Origin: Eledone cirrhosa
Lineage: Eukaryota
Direction: 5' to 3'
Length of the DNA stretch: 64,000 nucleotides
NCBI GenBank assembly: GCA_964016885.1
Contig: OZ024755.1
Span: 44,082,001 to 44,146,000 of the forward strand
In this document: positions 60,126 through 64,000 of the stretch, one piece after another
Layout of the letters: each line of letters opens with the position of its first letter
How positions within the stretch are numbered: position 1 is the first letter of the stretch
Program-made: the position numbers and the translations under genes
The notes under the pieces: generated by a model
Told to the model about the DNA's origin: nothing
Databases searched by the model: none
What the model saw: the letters and a program-made list of their open reading frames with translations, nothing else

Positions 60126-63100
60126 GTACCAACGTATACTGTGTACCACAGTTGAGAGTACCAACGTATAGTGTGTACCACAGTTGACAGTACCAACATA
60201 TACTGTGTACCACAGTTGACAGTACCAACATATACTGTGTACCACAGTTCACAGTACCAACGTATACTGTGTACCACATTTGACAGTACCAACATATACT
60301 GTGTACCACAGTTGACAGTACCAACATATACTGTGTACCACTGTTGACAGTACCAACATATACCGTGTACCACATTTGACAGTACCAACATGTACCGTGA
60401 ACCACAGTAGACAGTACCAACATATACTGTTTACCACTGTTGACAGTACCAACATATACCGTGTAACACAGTTGACAGTACCAACATATACTGTGTACCA
60501 CTGTTGACAGTACCAACATATACCGTGTACCACAGTTCACAGTACCAACGTATACTGTTTATGTTACCACAGTTGACAGTACCAACATATACTGTGTACC
60601 ACAGTTGAGACTACCAACATATACTGGGTACGACTGTTGACAGTAACAACATATACTATGTACCACAGTTGACAGTACCAACATATACTGTGTACCACAG
60701 TTGACAGTACCAACGTATACTGTGTACGACAGTTGACAGTACCAACGTATACTGGGTACCACATTTGACACTACCAACATATACTGTGTACCACAGTTGA
60801 CAGTACCAACGTATACTGTGTACCACAGTTGACGATACCAACATATACTGTGTACCACAGTTGACAGTACCAACATATACTGTATACCACAGTTGACAGT
60901 ACCGACATATACTGTGTACCACAGTTGACAATACCAACATATACTTTGTACCACGGTTGACAGTACCAACGTATACTGTGTACCACTGTTGACAATATCA
61001 ACATATACTGTTTACCACAGTTGACAGTACCAACATATACTGTGTACCACAGTTGACAGTACCAACATATACTGTGTACCACAGTTGACAGTACCAACAT
61101 ATACTGTGTACCACAGTTGGCAGTACCAACATATAATGTGTACCACAGTTGACAGTACCAACATATACTGTGTACCACAGTTGACATTACCAACATATAC
61201 TGTGTACCACAGTTGACAGTACTAACATATACTGTGTACTACAGTTGACAGTACCAACATATACTGTGTACCACAGTTGACAGTACCAACATATACTGTG
61301 TACCACAGTTGACAGTACCAACATATACTGTGTACCACAGTTGAGAGTACCAACATACACCGTGTACGACAGTTGACAGTAAAAACATATACTGTGTACC
61401 ACAGTTGAGAGTACCAACAAACTGTGTACCACAGTTGACAGTACCAACATATACTGTGTACCACAGTTGACAGTACCAACATATACTGTGTACCACAGTT
61501 GACAGTACCAACATATACTGTATACCACAGTTGACAGTACCAACATATACTGTGTACCACAGTTGACAGTACCAACATATACTGTGTACCACAGTTGACA
61601 GTACCAACATATACTGTGTACCACAGTTGACAGTACTAACATATACTGTGTACTACAGTTGACAGTACCAACATATATTGTGTACCACAGTTGACAGTAC
61701 CAACATATACTGTGTACCACAGTTGGCAGTACCAACATATAATGTGTACCTCAGTTGACAGTACCAACATATACTGTGTACCACAGTTGAAAGTACCAAC
61801 GTATACTGTGTACCACAGTTGACAGTACCAACGTATACTATGTACCACAGTTGACAGTACCAATATATACTGTGTAACACAGTTGACAATACCAACATAT
61901 AATGTGTACCACAGTTGACAGTACCAACGTATACTTTGAACCACTGTTGGCAATACCAACATATACTGTGTACTACAGTTGACAGAACCAACATATACAG
62001 TGTACCACAGTTGACAGTACCAACATATACTGTGTACCACAGTTGACAGTACCAACATATACTGTGTACCACAGTTGACAGAACCAACATGTACCGTGAA
62101 CCACAGTTGACAGTACCAACGTATACTGTGTACCACAGTTGAGAGTACCAAAGTATAGTGTGTACCACAGTTGACAGTACCAACATATACTGTGTACCAC
62201 AGTTGACAGTACCAACATATACTGTGTACCACAGTTCACAGTACCAACGTATACTGTGTACCACATTTGACAGTACCAACATATACTGTGTACCACAGTT
62301 GACAGTACCAACATATACTGTGTACCACTTTTGACAGTACCAACATATACCGTGTATCACATTTGACAGTACCAACATATACTGTGTACCACTGTTGACA
62401 GTACCAACATATACTGTGTACCACAGTTGACAGTACCAACATGTACCGTGTACCACAGTTGACAGTACCAACGTATACTGTGTACCACAGTTGACAATAC
62501 CAACATATACTGTGTACCACAGTTGACAGTACCAACATATACTGTGTACCACAGTTGAAAGTACCAACGTATAATGTGTACCACAGTTGACAACACCAAC
62601 ATATACTGTGTACCACAGTTGACAGTACCAACATATACTGTATACCACAGTTGACAGTACCAACATATACTGTGTACCACAGTTGACAGTACCAACATAT
62701 ACTGTGTACCACAGTTGACAGTACCAACATATACTGTATACCACAGTTGACAGTACCAACATATACTGTGTACCACTGTTGACAGTACCAACATATACAG
62801 TGTACCACAGTTGACATTACCAACATATACTGTGTACCACAGCTGACACTACCAACATATACTTGTACCTCAGTTGACAATACTACCATATATTGTGTAC
62901 CACCGTTGACAATACCAACGTATACTGTGTACCACAGTTGACAGTACCAACGTATACTGTGCACCACAGTTGACAGTACCAACATATACTGTGTACCACA
63001 TTTGACAATACCAACATATACTGTGTACCACAGTTGACAATACCAACACATATAGTGTACCACAGTTGACAATACCAACACATATAGTGTACCACAGTTG

Positions 63101-63250
63101 ACAGTACCAACGTATACTGTGTACCACAGTTGCCAATGCCAACATATACTGAGTACCACAGTTGAGAGTACCAACATGTACCGTGTACCACAGTTGAGAG
63201 TACCAACGTATACTGTGTACCACAGTTGACAGTACCAACGTATACTGTTT
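50660..63250. repeat. More diverged duplication, ~50660-52330 vs ~61610-63250 (offset ~10.9 kb)
   Basis: ORFs 51966..52289 vs 62883..63206 (offset 10917). Shared doubled CAATACCAACACATATAG monomers, the CACTTTTGAC and CCGTGTATCACATTTG variants, and the landmark at 51946 vs 62863. Confidence 0.75.
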
Positions 63251-64000
63251 ACCACAGTTGACAATACCAACATATACTGTGTACCAGAGTTGACAGTACC
63301 ACATATACTGTGTACCACAGTTGACAGTTCCAACATATATGGTGTACCACTGTTGATACTACCGACATATACTGTGTAGCACAGTTGACAGTACTAACAT
63401 ATACTGTGTACCACAGTTGAGAGTACCACCATATACTGGGTACCACTGTTGACAGTACCAACATATACTGTGTACCACAGTTGACAGTACCAACATATAC
63501 TGTGTACCATAGTTGACAGTACCAACATATCCTGTGTACCTCAGTTGTCAGTATCAACATATACTGTATACCACAGTTGACAGTACCAACATATACTGTG
63601 TACCACTGTTGACAGTACCAACATATACCGTGTACCACAGTTGACAGTACCAACATATACTGTGTACCACAGCTGACACTACCAACATATACTTGTACCT
63701 CATTTGACAGTACTACCATATATTGTGTACCACCGTTGACAATACCAACGTATACTGTGTACCACAGTTGACAGTACCAACGTATACTGTGCACCACAGT
63801 TGACAGTACCAACATATAATGTGTACCACAGTTGACAATACCAACATATACTGTGTACCACAGTTGACAATATCAACACATATAGTGTACCACAGTTGAC
63901 AGTACCAACGTATACTGTGTACCACAGTTGCCAATGCCAACATATACTGTGTACCACAGTTGAGAGTACCAACATGTACCGTGTACCACAGTTGAAACTA

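Larger units (their letters stand above)
620..63750. repeat. Loose higher-order repeat marked by a recurrent 31-bp landmark monomer (GCTGACACTACCAACATATAC-TTGTACCTCAG)
   Basis: The 1-bp-deleted variant TTGTACCTC, preceded by a CTGACACT variant, starts at 641, 2401, 4672, 7967, 14461, 17182, 20669, 23996, 28186, 29590, 32597, 34001, 38255, 39659, 42056, 42566, 45382, 49004, 51946, 53673, 55272, 58925, 62863 and 63693. A sister form, TTGTAACTCTGTTG, starts at 7072, 19742, 29271, 33682, 39340 and 41737. Other variants follow the landmark in a largely conserved order. Confidence 0.9.
1..64000. repeat. Tandem satellite array, 32-bp monomer (TGTGTACCACAGTTGACAGTACCAACATATAC), ~2,000 copies, single orientation, running off both window ends
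   Basis: The 32-mer repeats head-to-tail from base 1 to 64000. Most copies have 0-3 substitutions, with rare 30/31/33/37-bp copies. No non-satellite sequence and no strand switch were seen. The ORF track shows the same 32-aa (96-bp, 3-monomer) periodic peptide on the minus strand throughout. Confidence 0.99.

Noticed and set aside
243-63975. Hundreds of minus-strand ORFs (63-961 aa) as protein-coding genes
   Set aside because: They overlap in all three frames, encode the same 32-aa periodic peptide and end wherever a variant happens to create a stop. They follow directly from a stop-free 32-bp repeat strand and have no unique domains or gene structure.
1-64000. CRISPR array (32-bp, partly palindromic repeat)
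   Set aside because: The repeats are directly adjacent with no unique spacers, no leader and no cas genes. Variation is limited to point changes within the monomer.
1-64000. CENP-B box or alpha-satellite identity
   Set aside because: There is no TTCG....A..CGGG motif, the consensus lacks CpG, and the period is 32 bp, not 171 bp.
63756-64000. Circular molecule or terminal overlap with bases 1-245
   Set aside because: The two ends share variant order but differ at several positions, so they are paralogous HOR copies and not an exact overlap.
1-64000. Synthetic or simulated repeat, or rolling-circle concatemer of one template
   Set aside because: Variants are shared hierarchically among nested duplications of different ages, as expected for a naturally evolving array. 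Independent random errors on one template would not produce this pattern.
1-64000. Variant monomers as an information-storage or antigenic-variation cassette system
   Set aside because: No recombinase, reverse transcriptase, expression site or recipient gene is present. Ordinary mutation plus unequal exchange explains the variant pattern.

Overview
The whole 64-kb window is one uninterrupted head-to-tail satellite array. It holds about 2,000 copies of a 32-bp monomer (consensus TGTGTACCACAGTTGACAGTACCAACATATAC, ~41% GC), all in the same orientation. I see no unique sequence, genes, RNA genes, transposons or CRISPR spacers. Every ORF in the track is a by-product of the repeat: the minus-strand consensus has no stop codon, so all three minus frames read the same 32-aa repeat (MLVLSTVVHSICWYCQLWYTVYVGTVNCGTQY). 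The informative signal is in the variant monomers. They recur in a conserved order, forming a loose higher-order repeat (HOR) of about 50-100 monomers marked by a 31-bp landmark monomer. Nested block duplications have offsets of 96 bp, 160 bp, 3.0, 3.3, 4.4, 5.66, 9.9, ~12-12.7 and ~28/40 kb. The monomer looks like a diverged 15+17-bp dimer with competing short inverted repeats. This is most consistent with eukaryotic satellite DNA (heterochromatic, possibly peri/centromeric). I cannot name the organism or satellite family, and I find no supportable evidence of a novel gene system. Duplication boundaries were read by eye from diagnostic variants and are approximate.
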